Shown here in pieces: positions 49,616-59,818 of a stretch of DNA of 64,000 bases. Position numbers and translations under genes: made by a program. Below the pieces are notes generated by a model that was not told the DNA's origin, made no database searches, and worked only from the letters and a program-made list of their open reading frames with translations. This stretch comes from a virus (Duplodnaviria; Heunggongvirae; Uroviricota; Caudoviricetes). The stretch lies in IMG/VR virus record IMGVR_UViG_3300031998_000007. The stretch is one strand, 5' to 3'. Each line of letters begins with the position of its first letter. Within the stretch, counting starts at the first letter, position 1.

Positions 49616-51253
49616 TTAGATCTGCTGGACGCGGTCGCGAATTGCGCTGAGGCGGGACTGGGCGGACTGGTCAACGATGCTTTCGATGAGAGCAGTGCGC
49701 TTTGCAACCGGGTCAGCCTTCGGGGCCGGCTGTGCGGCGCTTTCGACCATCGGAGCCTGTGCGGCAGCGGCAGCCTTCGGAGCGTCGGCACTTTCGAGAA
49801 GGCTGTTGAGCTCACCCTGCAACTTGGTTGCAGCGTTTTCAGCAGCCTTGGCATGAGCGGCAGTGGCAGATTCGACCATGGCCTGTTGCTGGGCGAGGGC
49901 CTTCATGCCGGCACCTGCCTTGGCAATGATGCCTTCAGTCATGGCATAGGCGCGGTCGCTAGACTTGCGATCAGCGATGAGGCTCTTGGCAGCGTTTTCA
50001 AGCATGGCCTTACGGTCATTGGCATTGATTACGCTTTCCATGATTGCGTCAGCCTTTGCGCGGCGACCGGCAGCGGCTTCGGCCATTGCGGCAGCCTTCT
50101 TGTCCTTGGCTTCCATCATAGCGGCAACGCTACGAACGAAGTTCTGGGCAGCGGCAGCATCTTCGCTGGCGTGTGTCTTGGCAACGTATTCGGAGTGGAT
50201 GGTGTCGAGGGCGGATTCGAGCATCGGCGGAAGGCTGTCATCGTTGGCAGATTCTACCTTTGCGCCGTCCTTGTCCTTGTCGTCTTCCGGCTTCGTGTCG
50301 TCGGCAGCAGGTTCCGTAGCGGCAGGTTCGCCACCTTCCGGCGCCGGAGTTTCGGGGGCAGGCGATGCGTCAGTGCCCGCAGCCTCACCAGCACCATCGC
50401 CGGAGAACATGTTGTCGTCAAGTTTGTCGAGACCGGCAAGCGCGTTGTCAAGACCGGCAGTGTCGGTTGCTTCCGGCACACCGGCATCGGCAGCCGGGGC
50501 TGCATCAATGTTGTCAAGGGCGCTGTTTGCGGCAGCGAGATCGTCGTCGCTCACGCCGATGTCAGCAAGGCCGAGGGTTCCGTCACCTTCCGTGCCGGCA
50601 GCGTTCGGGTCTGCGGGCGGGACATCGTCCGGCGGGAGAAGACCGTTGATGTCGTCCACCGGGGCGCTCTGCTCAGTCGGGAGACTCGGCTCCGGGGTCG
50701 GGGCGAGAGGGGGGACCTCGGGGAGCGGTCCGGTCGCGGCATTGCCGGTCGGGTTGCCGAACTGGTCGACAGCCGGGCCTTCGCCCTGAACGCGTTCCTG
50801 GGTTTCCTTCGCCATTTCGCTGACAGCACCATCCGGGTTGAGCTCGGTCTTGTTCTGTTCGGCGAGGGTATTGACGGTCTGCATCACCGTATTGGCAAGG
50901 AACGATTCGACGTCGCCCGTTGCACCGGTGCGCATCTGGACCGTAGCCGCGATTGCCGGGATGTCGGCAATTTCAATCTTCTGGTCCGGGAGCTTGTTAA
51001 GCTCGGAAACGAACGCCTGCGTAATCATCTGGCGTCCTTCCTCGGTCTTGGTGTCGTCACCAAGGGGAGCAAAAGAGTCACCGAATGTCTGGGGCTGGTC
51101 GTTGGTGTTCACGCCGAAAATGTCATCGAGCGTGAGTTCCTTGTTGTCTTCCGGCGAATAATCATCAACCGGCATTCCATCAGTGATGGATTCAACCTTG
51201 GCAAGGTCATCATCCATTGCGAGGATAGAATTGACTTTTTCCTGATTGGTCAT
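49616..51253 (-). CDS. Putative prohead scaffold/core protein
   Basis: Acidic and A/P-rich, no Trp or Cys; more than 10 hydrophobic-x-E|(S/A/G/N) sites (MLESA, IMESV, MVESA, LLESA, LIESI); variant promoter TCTAAACTA at 51301-51309. Confidence 0.6.
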   Translation of the reverse strand: MTNQEKVNSILAMDDDLAKVESITDGMPVDDYSPEDNKELTLDDIFGVNTNDQPQTFGDSFAPLGDDTKTEEGRQMITQAFVSELNKLPDQKIEIADIPAIAATVQMRTGATGDVESFLANTVMQTVNTLAEQNKTELNPDGAVSEMAKETQERVQGEGPAVDQFGNPTGNAATGPLPEVPPLAPTPEPSLPTEQSAPVDDINGLLPPDDVPPADPNAAGTEGDGTLGLADIGVSDDDLAAANSALDNIDAAPAADAGVPEATDTAGLDNALAGLDKLDDNMFSGDGAGEAAGTDASPAPETPAPEGGEPAATEPAADDTKPEDDKDKDGAKVESANDDSLPPMLESALDTIHSEYVAKTHASEDAAAAQNFVRSVAAMMEAKDKKAAAMAEAAAGRRAKADAIMESVINANDRKAMLENAAKSLIADRKSSDRAYAMTEGIIAKAGAGMKALAQQQAMVESATAAHAKAAENAATKLQGELNSLLESADAPKAAAAAQAPMVESAAQPAPKADPVAKRTALIESIVDQSAQSRLSAIRDRVQQI

Positions 51254-51317
51254 AGCTATTGTCCTTTCACCGGACACTGCCGGTATCGTGTTTTGTAAGT
51301 TAGTTTAGAAGATGTCG

Positions 51318-52835
51318 CTAGTTTTCATCATACTCTATATGGAGCTGAGGGACGGCATAGCCTGGCTCGGCATCACCGGGCACTTCCAGCTGCAAATAGA
51401 CGTAGTCGGTCTCTCCCGCAAGCAGCGGGTTATACACGCCACCGCCAACACGGCACATGTTATACTGGCCGCACATGAAGAGCGGGTGGTTATATACCAC
51501 GTTACCCATATACGGGGCACAGACACACTGGTAGCCGCCGACCATCCGACTCGCCTTCAAGGCAGCCTCGACATCGATCGTAATCTCCTCCTCGTCAGTC
51601 CCGCCATTGAGGACAATGACGCCGTCGGTCACGACATCGTTGATGTCGGAGGCCATCGGGGAGTTGAAATTCCCGACCAGACGCATCGGGAAAGCGCTCC
51701 CGGTATGGTTCACAAAATGGTAGATGCAGCCCGGATCAAAAATCAGCTGGGGAGCCCTTACCCCGTTCAGGTAATAGACGAAATGACCACAGCCCTCGTC
51801 GCGGGCCTCGACATCGAACGAGATTACCGGCTTCTCGCCAGGCTGGGTAGTCGGTTCCTCGGTGACCTTGTAGGTCAGGTTGTCCCGGTTCTGGATGAAC
51901 CAGCGGTGCGGAACGTAGGCCGGCTTGCCGAACCCGGTGGTGCTGTTGTAGAGGGGAACCCAGAACACCATGTAACCGCTGTTCGGATGTTCCTTGCCGT
52001 CGAAGTTCGGGATGCGGTAGATGAGGCCCGCCGGGTATTTGGCCATGAGGTTGTCGTCGCCCTTCTTCACGGTAAGCGTGAGAAGTTCGCCATCGACGGT
52101 CTTCTTGACGGACACATAGGGGGCGCCGAGCAGTTCCTGCGTCCCGTCTTCCTTGAGGCCGAGGAACTCGATGAAGTTGGCCGGTTCCTGGGTATAGTCC
52201 TCGCTACGGTTGAAACTGCGATTGAGGAAGGTAACGACGATGTCCTTCTCGCTGTCAGTCTTGGTAGCGACCGGCACCGCCACCTGACGCTCGCCATTGA
52301 GCGCAATCACGTTGCCGAACCCGTAGTCCTTGTATTCGACGGTGTACTCGGAGACCCCGAGCGACGGATCGGGAACCTGGCCATAAAGGCCGGCGACTGT
52401 GAGGTAGAACGGGTGTTCCTTGCTAAAATCCCAGATGTTGTGGATGGCCTTCTGCGACTTCGTGTTGGTCGGCTTGGAATAGCCCACGGAGTTGCCGATA
52501 CGGAGGATGGGGTGAACCTTCCCGTCCATCGGGGGCTCACCTTCCGGGTAAATCCTTATGTTGGAGAGCTGGACATCGGGCGCCTTTTCGAGGTGGATCT
52601 TGAACACGCACTCCATCGAGTATGCGGTGCACTTCCGGTCCTCCTCGGCATAGATGCAGTAGTATGCCGCCTCGGACGCGTCATCCGCCGGGATGACCTT
52701 TCCGCCGAGACGCTCGGACGAATAAACGGCGGGCACACAAGTGTCCACCCTCTTGATGCCGAGGGAAGAAACGAGGGTTCCGAAACTCCCGTCCTTTCCC
52801 GTGTATTTGCGTATGATTACACCCGCTGCCATCAA
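51318..52835 (-). CDS. Hypothetical virion structural protein
   Basis: YYLNG...PQL....G.IY.F-type module; variant promoter TATAAACTG at 52854-52862. Confidence 0.55.
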   Translation of the reverse strand: MMAAGVIIRKYTGKDGSFGTLVSSLGIKRVDTCVPAVYSSERLGGKVIPADDASEAAYYCIYAEEDRKCTAYSMECVFKIHLEKAPDVQLSNIRIYPEGEPPMDGKVHPILRIGNSVGYSKPTNTKSQKAIHNIWDFSKEHPFYLTVAGLYGQVPDPSLGVSEYTVEYKDYGFGNVIALNGERQVAVPVATKTDSEKDIVVTFLNRSFNRSEDYTQEPANFIEFLGLKEDGTQELLGAPYVSVKKTVDGELLTLTVKKGDDNLMAKYPAGLIYRIPNFDGKEHPNSGYMVFWVPLYNSTTGFGKPAYVPHRWFIQNRDNLTYKVTEEPTTQPGEKPVISFDVEARDEGCGHFVYYLNGVRAPQLIFDPGCIYHFVNHTGSAFPMRLVGNFNSPMASDINDVVTDGVIVLNGGTDEEEITIDVEAALKASRMVGGYQCVCAPYMGNVVYNHPLFMCGQYNMCRVGGGVYNPLLAGETDYVYLQLEVPGDAEPGYAVPQLHIEYDEN

Positions 52836-52875
52836 TAAACCGTCGTTTTTCTCCAGTTTATAAGCGGGAGGGGCT

Positions 52876-53781
52876 CTAAATGTCTATGATGAAGTCCTCG
52901 TGGGTCGTCGTGACGATGTCCCGTTCGATTTTCCCGTTGACCACCTTCACCGTGTCGGCCTCGAACCGCCCCTCGCCCGGATAGCCGGACGGATTGCAGA
53001 GTATGCGGATATGCGCCCCGGACGAGTTCACCCAGTCACAAATCTTCTGGTCATGTATATGGCCACAAATCCATGTCGTCCCGTCAGGCAGCAAGTCGAG
53101 ATACTTCTCCCCCTGATAGTAGAAGAATACGTTTCCACGGTTGTTGCGGTATTTCCAGTTCACGCCGACCTGGAACGGGGCAAAGTGCGTCATCACGATC
53201 TTCGGCGCAGCCTTGCAAAGCCCGGTAAGCATCGCATCATAGTAGTTCCAAATCTTGCCCGGTTCCTGGTTCATGTAGCGCCAGTTACGTCCGTCGAACC
53301 ACGACCTGCGCCACGCGGTCCGGTAATCGAACCCCGGCATGGCATCGCATTTCAAGTCGCACATGCCCATACACCCGGCGATACCGTCAACCTGGCGGCC
53401 CTCGATTATATGGACATTGTCATACTTCAAGTCCTGCATGAGGATAGCATCCAGCTTGTCCTCGGAAAGCGCAAACTTCGCGTTCGACGCATACGGGGTG
53501 GCATGGCGCACAAGAATATCGTGGTTGCCCACACAGATATAGACCTTCTTGTATTTCTTGGAAAGCCATTCCACCGCCTGGACATACGACTGGTAGTCGT
53601 TGGCTATGTCGCCGGCAACTATCAACGCGTCAGTAACAGGATATTCACGGAATTTCCACAACCAATCCATCGTTTCCGAGACTACGCCCTTGCCCGGGTT
53701 GAGCCCACTCAGCCGTTTCCGGTCAACGGCATTTTCAAACCATGTGTCAACATGGATGTCGGATAGAATAAATGCTTTCAT
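52876..53781 (-). CDS. Calcineurin-like metallophosphoesterase
   Basis: SDIH, AGD, GNHD, THF.P and CGHIH motifs. Confidence 0.9.
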   Translation of the reverse strand: MKAFILSDIHVDTWFENAVDRKRLSGLNPGKGVVSETMDWLWKFREYPVTDALIVAGDIANDYQSYVQAVEWLSKKYKKVYICVGNHDILVRHATPYASNAKFALSEDKLDAILMQDLKYDNVHIIEGRQVDGIAGCMGMCDLKCDAMPGFDYRTAWRRSWFDGRNWRYMNQEPGKIWNYYDAMLTGLCKAAPKIVMTHFAPFQVGVNWKYRNNRGNVFFYYQGEKYLDLLPDGTTWICGHIHDQKICDWVNSSGAHIRILCNPSGYPGEGRFEADTVKVVNGKIERDIVTTTHEDFIIDI

Positions 53782-53786
53782 AATCC

Positions 53787-53799
53787 AAATCTACAAATT
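53787..53799 (-). promoter_or_regulatory. Putative class-II promoter AATTTGTAGATTT
   Basis: 5 nt upstream of the ATG; overlaps the upstream stop codon. Confidence 0.55.
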
Positions 53800-56700
53800 A
53801 TTTCCTTCGCATCAAATCGTTGCCCATCACCTTCTTTCCGTTGGTGAGAATGGCATAGATGCGCTCGACACTCAGGCCGTTGGATCTCGGAACCTCGGTA
53901 ACGTGCTCCCTGGTCAGGCTCGCCAACCGGACACCGGAAAGCTGGGCATTGGACACGACCTTCTCGAACACGCTTTCAAGCGGGTTGCCGTTACCGTCAA
54001 GGTCGCCGTAGCTGTCGTCGCTCAACTTGCCCGCACCTGTTCCCAAAGTGTTCCCAGAACCGTTGATGCCCGACTTGTCAACCATCGCGCGGAGGGCATC
54101 GAAACTCATCAGCGTCTGGCCGGCAATAATGCCGAACTCGTTCTCCAGCATGTCGGCATTGTTGGCGTTCGGTCCGTCGGCAAAATGGTCATACATCACC
54201 GCACCGCCGTAGTCCTCGAACCTGGATTTCAGCTTCTCGTACTGTTCCTTGATCTGGCTTGCAGCAAGGGCATGGAGAAGCTGGGCATCGCCACCATCAA
54301 TGGTCACCGAGCCGTCGGCGTTAATCGTGTAGCCACTGAGCACCGGCCCGTCGCTGACATATTCCACGTTCATGCCGAGAGCCTTCGCTTCCTCGACCGT
54401 GTAGAACACGCCATCGCGCTCGATGCCGCGGACGAGCTTGGTCGGGGTGACCTGGCGTTCGCCGAAAACGTTACCGCCGTAATTCTGGTCATAGGCGGAG
54501 CGGGTGCTCTCACCGAACACATGGATGCGGCCATCGGCAAGCGAGATAAACGCGCCACCGTCGCCGACATCGGTAAGGAACACCTTCGCCGACGAGTAGA
54601 GGTTGCCCAGCATAGCCTTGACGAACTCCACGATGTCGGTAGTGTAATACATATCGACGATTGTCTGGTAGCTTTCCACGAAGTCGCCGGATATGAGCGA
54701 CTGCGCACCGCTGAGGTTCCCGACCATGCCGAAATACATGACCAGCTGGCGGAACGCGGTCTCGTTCACAGACTTCCATTCATAGATATTCGCGCGGTCG
54801 GTCAGGGTGCTGCCGTTCGCGGCCATCTTCAACTGCATCATCTTGATGAACTCGATGACGTTAATCAGCGGAAGGTCGTGGTGGACCTGTGTCTGGACAT
54901 AGTTCACCACCTTCACCGGATCGACGTAGTGCTGGCCGTTCACCTGTTCTGCATCCTGATACGTTTCCGAACCGGACAGGATATAGGGGACGCGGTCCTT
55001 CGGCGGGTCCGCCATCGCATAGCCCTTGGCATCGACGTTCACGAACGAACACCGTTCGACCGGATCCATCCGTTCAAGCAGCGCCTCGCGGAACTTCGGG
55101 GCATCCCTGTGCTCCACGCCAATCGGGAGGAACTCCCAGCAGAAAATATTGGCGCCCATGACAAGACGGCCACACCACACGACATTGAGCGGCTTCGGAC
55201 AGACCTTCGCCTCGCGGGCGTCTTCCGTGAACGCTTCCGCAATGTCAATCAGCTTCCTGAAATCGTCGCTATCTTCCGCGATAGGCGTCCGCAGGTCGTC
55301 CTGATAAATCAAAATCTTCATCCCGAGGCCATAGTTGTGCCATGAGAGGAACTCGGACTCCGGCCCGCCGGAACAAATCTGTGCCTCGTCCTCCGCAGAA
55401 CGCATCGTCTCGCACAGCTCGACGCGCTTGTCGCCGAACTCCGCGCGGAGAATACCGAGCAGGCTCGCTGCCGCATCGAACACGCCCATTCCCTTGCGCA
55501 TGTCGGCAATGCTCATGCTACTCTCGTGGAATATGCGCCAGCCGTCCACCCTGTCAACGACAGGTATCAGGTTGCCGTCCTTGTCGGTGTCATAGATAAA
55601 TTTCCCGTTGCCGTCCATGTGGCCCTTGTAGACGTCGCCCGCACGGTCAACGATTGCATACTTGGACTGGTCGAACGGGCCATAGTCCACAAATGCGCGA
55701 TGGCGGATTTCCGACGCTCTCGGGAGAGACGGCATGTCATAACGCAGCTCCACGGTCGTGCGGCTGTCGTCGTCCTTGCTTGCCGGAAGCGGAACCTTCA
55801 CATTGAGCAACGTGGCACCGGACGCAAAATCGGATGCAACAAAGTCATCGTCCGTGATGTAGTAGGTCAAGTCCCCGTCCGGCGTAGCACCGTAGGAATA
55901 GACATACCCGTCGGACGCCATCAGGTCAAGGACTACCTCGGCCTGCCCGGAAATGTCACCCGGCTTGGCATCGTCCTCGCCCTCGATTGCAGACGGGACA
56001 GTAACTACATAGCCGTCGGTAGAGTTTCCGATAATCGTGGCCTTCTGGCCGACCGGATAGACGGTATAGGTATCGTCCACAAGCTGTGGATATTCCGCAT
56101 AGATGTTCGTGTCGATCATGCGGACTTCCGCCCAGCGGATGCCGATGAACTGCTTCACCATGCGGTGACGGGTAAACCCGAACCGGCGGTAGCGCCTGCG
56201 CACCTTCTTGTACATCGACACGGCAACCATGAACCGGGCCGGGACCATCTTGAAGTTGAGACCGGCGAAACCGCCATACATGCTCGACTTGTTGTTGAAC
56301 ACGCTTTCGTGGGTGATATACTCGTAATAACGGATCCGTTCAATCGCGGTCTTCAACCGCCCGAACGCATCCTTGGCATCCTCGTATTCTTCCTTGCGCG
56401 TAGTAAATTCGAGAACGGATGCAGCTGCAGCCGCGGCGCCCCCGATCAGGGAACCGGCAAACAGTTTCACCTTCAAGTCATCGAGCCAGTCGCGCCATCC
56501 GGCGAGCATCTTCTTGTATGCCCACAGGAAAGTATCGACAAAATACGGCATGGACACGTCAACATCGTTCAAGTCAATGTCGTCGTCATACTGGTTATGC
56601 ACTGCCGCATAATAGTCCAGGCCGGTCACATACCGCTTCCCGTCATTATTGAACAGGGCGTCGCCCAGCGGAAATTCCGTTTCGTCCACGCCGAGCACGG

Positions 56701-58966
56701 TAAACTCCCCGGTAAGTTTCCAGTTGTCGTTCACCGGGTACCAGGAATGGACATTGGCAACGGTCCCGGAAGCGCTCGCGTCGCGCATGCCCCTGATGAG
56801 GATAGCAGCCTCGGTCGCGAACTGGGCAAGCGTATAGACGCTGAACCCGTATGAGGAATAGAACGTCGCATAGTTGATGCTGTTCATCCGGCAGTGCGTA
56901 GCGTCATTGCCCACGCCCACCGTATATAGCGATCCATCGGGCGCAGTGATGTCGCACCGGGCGGTAACATACCCACCGCCAACATACCAGGTCACGTAAT
57001 CATAGGCGATAGTAGAAACATTCACATGCACCAAGGAAATCATGCCACCCGCATACGGGTACTTCGTCATGGTCGCCTTGACCGCAGCATGGTTCCTGAC
57101 AAAGCTGGAATCGCGATCAAAGTCCTCGACGCTTTCCCATATACGGCTACGGGACAGGTCTACCGAAATGCTACTGCTGTTCTTTGCGCTTACGTTCGAC
57201 ACCCATTCAACATACCAGGCCAGCAGCATCGACTTGATATACGACGCGTCCACCTTGGAACTTACCTTCTCGCGGATGTAATCCTCGTAGGTATTGATGC
57301 CATCGTAATACATCGTCGGGTGATACTTCCAGAAAGCGGTTTCGCTTACGGATCCGGCCCAGACGACATTGCGCCCGCCCTTGTTGGCATAAAGGCATGC
57401 CGGTCCGGCAATCACCGGGACGTTACGGCCATAGCCGTCCTTCGTGTCATACCCCGTATAGTCGGTAGCATACTCGTTCGCCCCGCGGATGCTGAGCGCA
57501 CGCAGGCGAAGGCTGATTTCGGCCGTATTGTCATCTACATAGTAGCCAATCCCGGCATAGTCCTGCTTGCTGCGGCCGACCGTATAGAGCGACCTACGGA
57601 TTTCCCCGAGGTCGATTGCATACTTGCCGACACTGTCCGTGTTGAGCTGGAACGCGCTCTCCGCCACCGCGCCATAGAAAGAACGCAGTGCGGCCCTGGC
57701 CGAACCGGGCGTCCCGTGGGCGTTCTTGAACTCGTCCGCGGTCTCGGTGAGCGCATCCGCAAGCATGGAACGCAGCTCTTCCTTGCTGTAGTAGAACGCC
57801 TTGAACGCGTCGCACACGTTCGGGATGAGCGCGGTGCCGGTACCACCGGTCTCCTCGGTCCCGGCAAGGGAACTCACGAGCTTCTTGCTGTAATCAACCT
57901 CACCGCCCTGTGCAACGACTTCGGAATCTGCAACCTCGGCATAAATCTTGTTCTTCTCGTTAATCCAGCCGCTAGAATCCGTTCCCAGCATACTGCCGAG
58001 GGCGGAGAACTTCGTGCTGCCCTTCATCGAGGTAAGCGTGTAGCCAAGATCCTTCGACGCCGCATCGCGCATGTGCGCTTTCAGCTTGGCCCTCGCGGCC
58101 TTGCGGTCCAGCTGCCATTCCGCGCGGGTAGGCGCGTCCACGGTGACAGGCTGCTTGAACTTGTCGTCGTAGTAAACGACTTCCAGGCCCATGCCGCCAT
58201 CGTTGTAGAACGGGGACATGTATTTCAGCGTCTTCTGCAACGCATCATACCCGGTAATCGCCTTCCTGTCCTTCGGGGCAGTCTTGGTAAACCATTTCCG
58301 GCCATGCTCGCGGACCCGGTCAAACCCGAGGCACCCGAGCGCGGCGCGATATACGTGGACATTGTTGATCCAGCTGAAATTCTGGGACTGCTGCAGGGTG
58401 TCCTTGTCCACCATCAGGAGATAGCGGGGGATATACTCAAACGTCACGGAAGATACAGCGGTGACTACCGGGAACGGGCTGTCGGCGGTATAGGTTTCCA
58501 GCGTGATCGTCAGCGGGCTATGGGTATCGGACGGGCCGTCGTCGGGGAGCCTGATGGCCTGCCCGTTTACAAGCGTGTCCGGCTTCCTGCGGTAAGGGGT
58601 AGTGTTCGCCTTGACGATGCCACTCTTCACGAGGTCATCGGCGACGAAACCCGCGGCAACGAACACGTCCGTATTCTCCGGCGTGCTGCCCGCAGTCGTA
58701 GTTGTCCAGTGAAGGTGTATCACCCGGTTTGTGGCGCTTGCGACATTCCCGAGAAGCATCACCTCGGACCCGGTAGAGGCGGCTGCCGTGATTTTCTGGA
58801 CATACTCCATCACGTTGTTCGTCACCCTTTCATTGAGGGTGGTCTCGCCCTCCTCGTCCTGTATAGACGCGAGCGTTTTCAGCGGGAGGCCACTAAGGTC
58901 CAGCTTGACCTTCGCGGTGGCCTTCATCGGCTTGTAATACTTCTCGTAATCGTAGAGTTGGGACAT
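53798..58966 (-). CDS. Very large structural (tail/baseplate hub-like) protein with a degenerate M15-peptidase-like domain
   Basis: ~1720 aa from MSQLYDY; ETMRS..DE...SWHNYGLG...VVWCG; late motif at 59006-59014. Confidence 0.65.
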   Translation of the reverse strand: MSQLYDYEKYYKPMKATAKVKLDLSGLPLKTLASIQDEEGETTLNERVTNNVMEYVQKITAAASTGSEVMLLGNVASATNRVIHLHWTTTTAGSTPENTDVFVAAGFVADDLVKSGIVKANTTPYRRKPDTLVNGQAIRLPDDGPSDTHSPLTITLETYTADSPFPVVTAVSSVTFEYIPRYLLMVDKDTLQQSQNFSWINNVHVYRAALGCLGFDRVREHGRKWFTKTAPKDRKAITGYDALQKTLKYMSPFYNDGGMGLEVVYYDDKFKQPVTVDAPTRAEWQLDRKAARAKLKAHMRDAASKDLGYTLTSMKGSTKFSALGSMLGTDSSGWINEKNKIYAEVADSEVVAQGGEVDYSKKLVSSLAGTEETGGTGTALIPNVCDAFKAFYYSKEELRSMLADALTETADEFKNAHGTPGSARAALRSFYGAVAESAFQLNTDSVGKYAIDLGEIRRSLYTVGRSKQDYAGIGYYVDDNTAEISLRLRALSIRGANEYATDYTGYDTKDGYGRNVPVIAGPACLYANKGGRNVVWAGSVSETAFWKYHPTMYYDGINTYEDYIREKVSSKVDASYIKSMLLAWYVEWVSNVSAKNSSSISVDLSRSRIWESVEDFDRDSSFVRNHAAVKATMTKYPYAGGMISLVHVNVSTIAYDYVTWYVGGGYVTARCDITAPDGSLYTVGVGNDATHCRMNSINYATFYSSYGFSVYTLAQFATEAAILIRGMRDASASGTVANVHSWYPVNDNWKLTGEFTVLGVDETEFPLGDALFNNDGKRYVTGLDYYAAVHNQYDDDIDLNDVDVSMPYFVDTFLWAYKKMLAGWRDWLDDLKVKLFAGSLIGGAAAAAASVLEFTTRKEEYEDAKDAFGRLKTAIERIRYYEYITHESVFNNKSSMYGGFAGLNFKMVPARFMVAVSMYKKVRRRYRRFGFTRHRMVKQFIGIRWAEVRMIDTNIYAEYPQLVDDTYTVYPVGQKATIIGNSTDGYVVTVPSAIEGEDDAKPGDISGQAEVVLDLMASDGYVYSYGATPDGDLTYYITDDDFVASDFASGATLLNVKVPLPASKDDDSRTTVELRYDMPSLPRASEIRHRAFVDYGPFDQSKYAIVDRAGDVYKGHMDGNGKFIYDTDKDGNLIPVVDRVDGWRIFHESSMSIADMRKGMGVFDAAASLLGILRAEFGDKRVELCETMRSAEDEAQICSGGPESEFLSWHNYGLGMKILIYQDDLRTPIAEDSDDFRKLIDIAEAFTEDAREAKVCPKPLNVVWCGRLVMGANIFCWEFLPIGVEHRDAPKFREALLERMDPVERCSFVNVDAKGYAMADPPKDRVPYILSGSETYQDAEQVNGQHYVDPVKVVNYVQTQVHHDLPLINVIEFIKMMQLKMAANGSTLTDRANIYEWKSVNETAFRQLVMYFGMVGNLSGAQSLISGDFVESYQTIVDMYYTTDIVEFVKAMLGNLYSSAKVFLTDVGDGGAFISLADGRIHVFGESTRSAYDQNYGGNVFGERQVTPTKLVRGIERDGVFYTVEEAKALGMNVEYVSDGPVLSGYTINADGSVTIDGGDAQLLHALAASQIKEQYEKLKSRFEDYGGAVMYDHFADGPNANNADMLENEFGIIAGQTLMSFDALRAMVDKSGINGSGNTLGTGAGKLSDDSYGDLDGNGNPLESVFEKVVSNAQLSGVRLASLTREHVTEVPRSNGLSVERIYAILTNGKKVMGNDLMRRK

Positions 58967-59005
58967 CGGAAACCGGGGTTCGGGTACTAAAATCGAAGAT
59001 ACCCC

Positions 59006-59014
59006 TAGTTTATA
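59006..59014 (-). promoter_or_regulatory. Putative late promoter TATAAACTA
   Basis: Exact motif directly after a terminator. Confidence 0.75.
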
Positions 59015-59017
59015 ACG

Positions 59018-59045
59018 AAAAAGGTGCCCGGAACTCCGGGACACC
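59018..59045 (-). terminator. Intrinsic terminator
   Basis: GGTGTCCCGG-agtt-CCGGGCACC followed by TTTTT. Confidence 0.7.
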
Positions 59046-59066
59046 CCACTCCACACCAAGTTCTTG

Positions 59067-59807
59067 CTATTCGTGAGCCGAATAGACCCTGTGCATCTGT
59101 TCCGTCATGCTGTCGCGTATCCACTTGACGGCGCCACCCGACTTGCCGGTATAGGTACCCGTGAACTTGCAGATATGCCCGGCAGACACGAAATCGGCCT
59201 TAATCGCGAGGATGTCGTCAGGCATTGCATATTCAATCGTCAAATGCGCCCCGATTATCAGCCGCAAAACCGTCCGGTCGTCATTCTGCGTAATCGTAAA
59301 CTCGCCCATCCCGGACAGACCGCTCATCGCGAGGGCAAAAATCCGTGCAGGCAGGGCCGTATTCGGGCGCCCGTCGGCTGCTGCCTGGTCGGTAACCTGG
59401 CCCGCAACCCGGAACTTGTCGCCATTGGGAAGCATGTTTTCGGGGGTGACCTGGATGGGGTTCCCATTCATGTCAGTCGCCACCGCCGTCTGGAATTGGC
59501 AAGTGTCCTGGAAAACCGTCTGGAACCCGGGCTGAACGTTTTCGCCTTTCTTGGTAGCCTTTTCGAACTCGGAACGCATGCGGTCGGCGCCCTTGTCGAA
59601 AATTTGCTGGACCGGCGGGGCATACTGCGCGGACAGCTTGCGGTCAAGCCGTTCCTGGGCAGTGCCAACCGGGGTTTCCTGGCCCACCGTAGCTGCGCCG
59701 GCAGGTTTGGCGCGTTTGACGTTAGTCTTTTTCTTGACAGACGGTTTCTTCGGCGTATCAAGCGCCTTGGTGATTTCCGTCAGAACCTTCTTGGAACGTG
59801 TTGCCAT
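59067..59807 (-). CDS. Hypothetical protein
   Basis: 246 aa; AGGAGG RBS; Lys-rich N-terminus. Confidence 0.7.
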   Translation of the reverse strand: MATRSKKVLTEITKALDTPKKPSVKKKTNVKRAKPAGAATVGQETPVGTAQERLDRKLSAQYAPPVQQIFDKGADRMRSEFEKATKKGENVQPGFQTVFQDTCQFQTAVATDMNGNPIQVTPENMLPNGDKFRVAGQVTDQAAADGRPNTALPARIFALAMSGLSGMGEFTITQNDDRTVLRLIIGAHLTIEYAMPDDILAIKADFVSAGHICKFTGTYTGKSGGAVKWIRDSMTEQMHRVYSAHE

Positions 59808-59818
59808 GTCTGGCCTCC

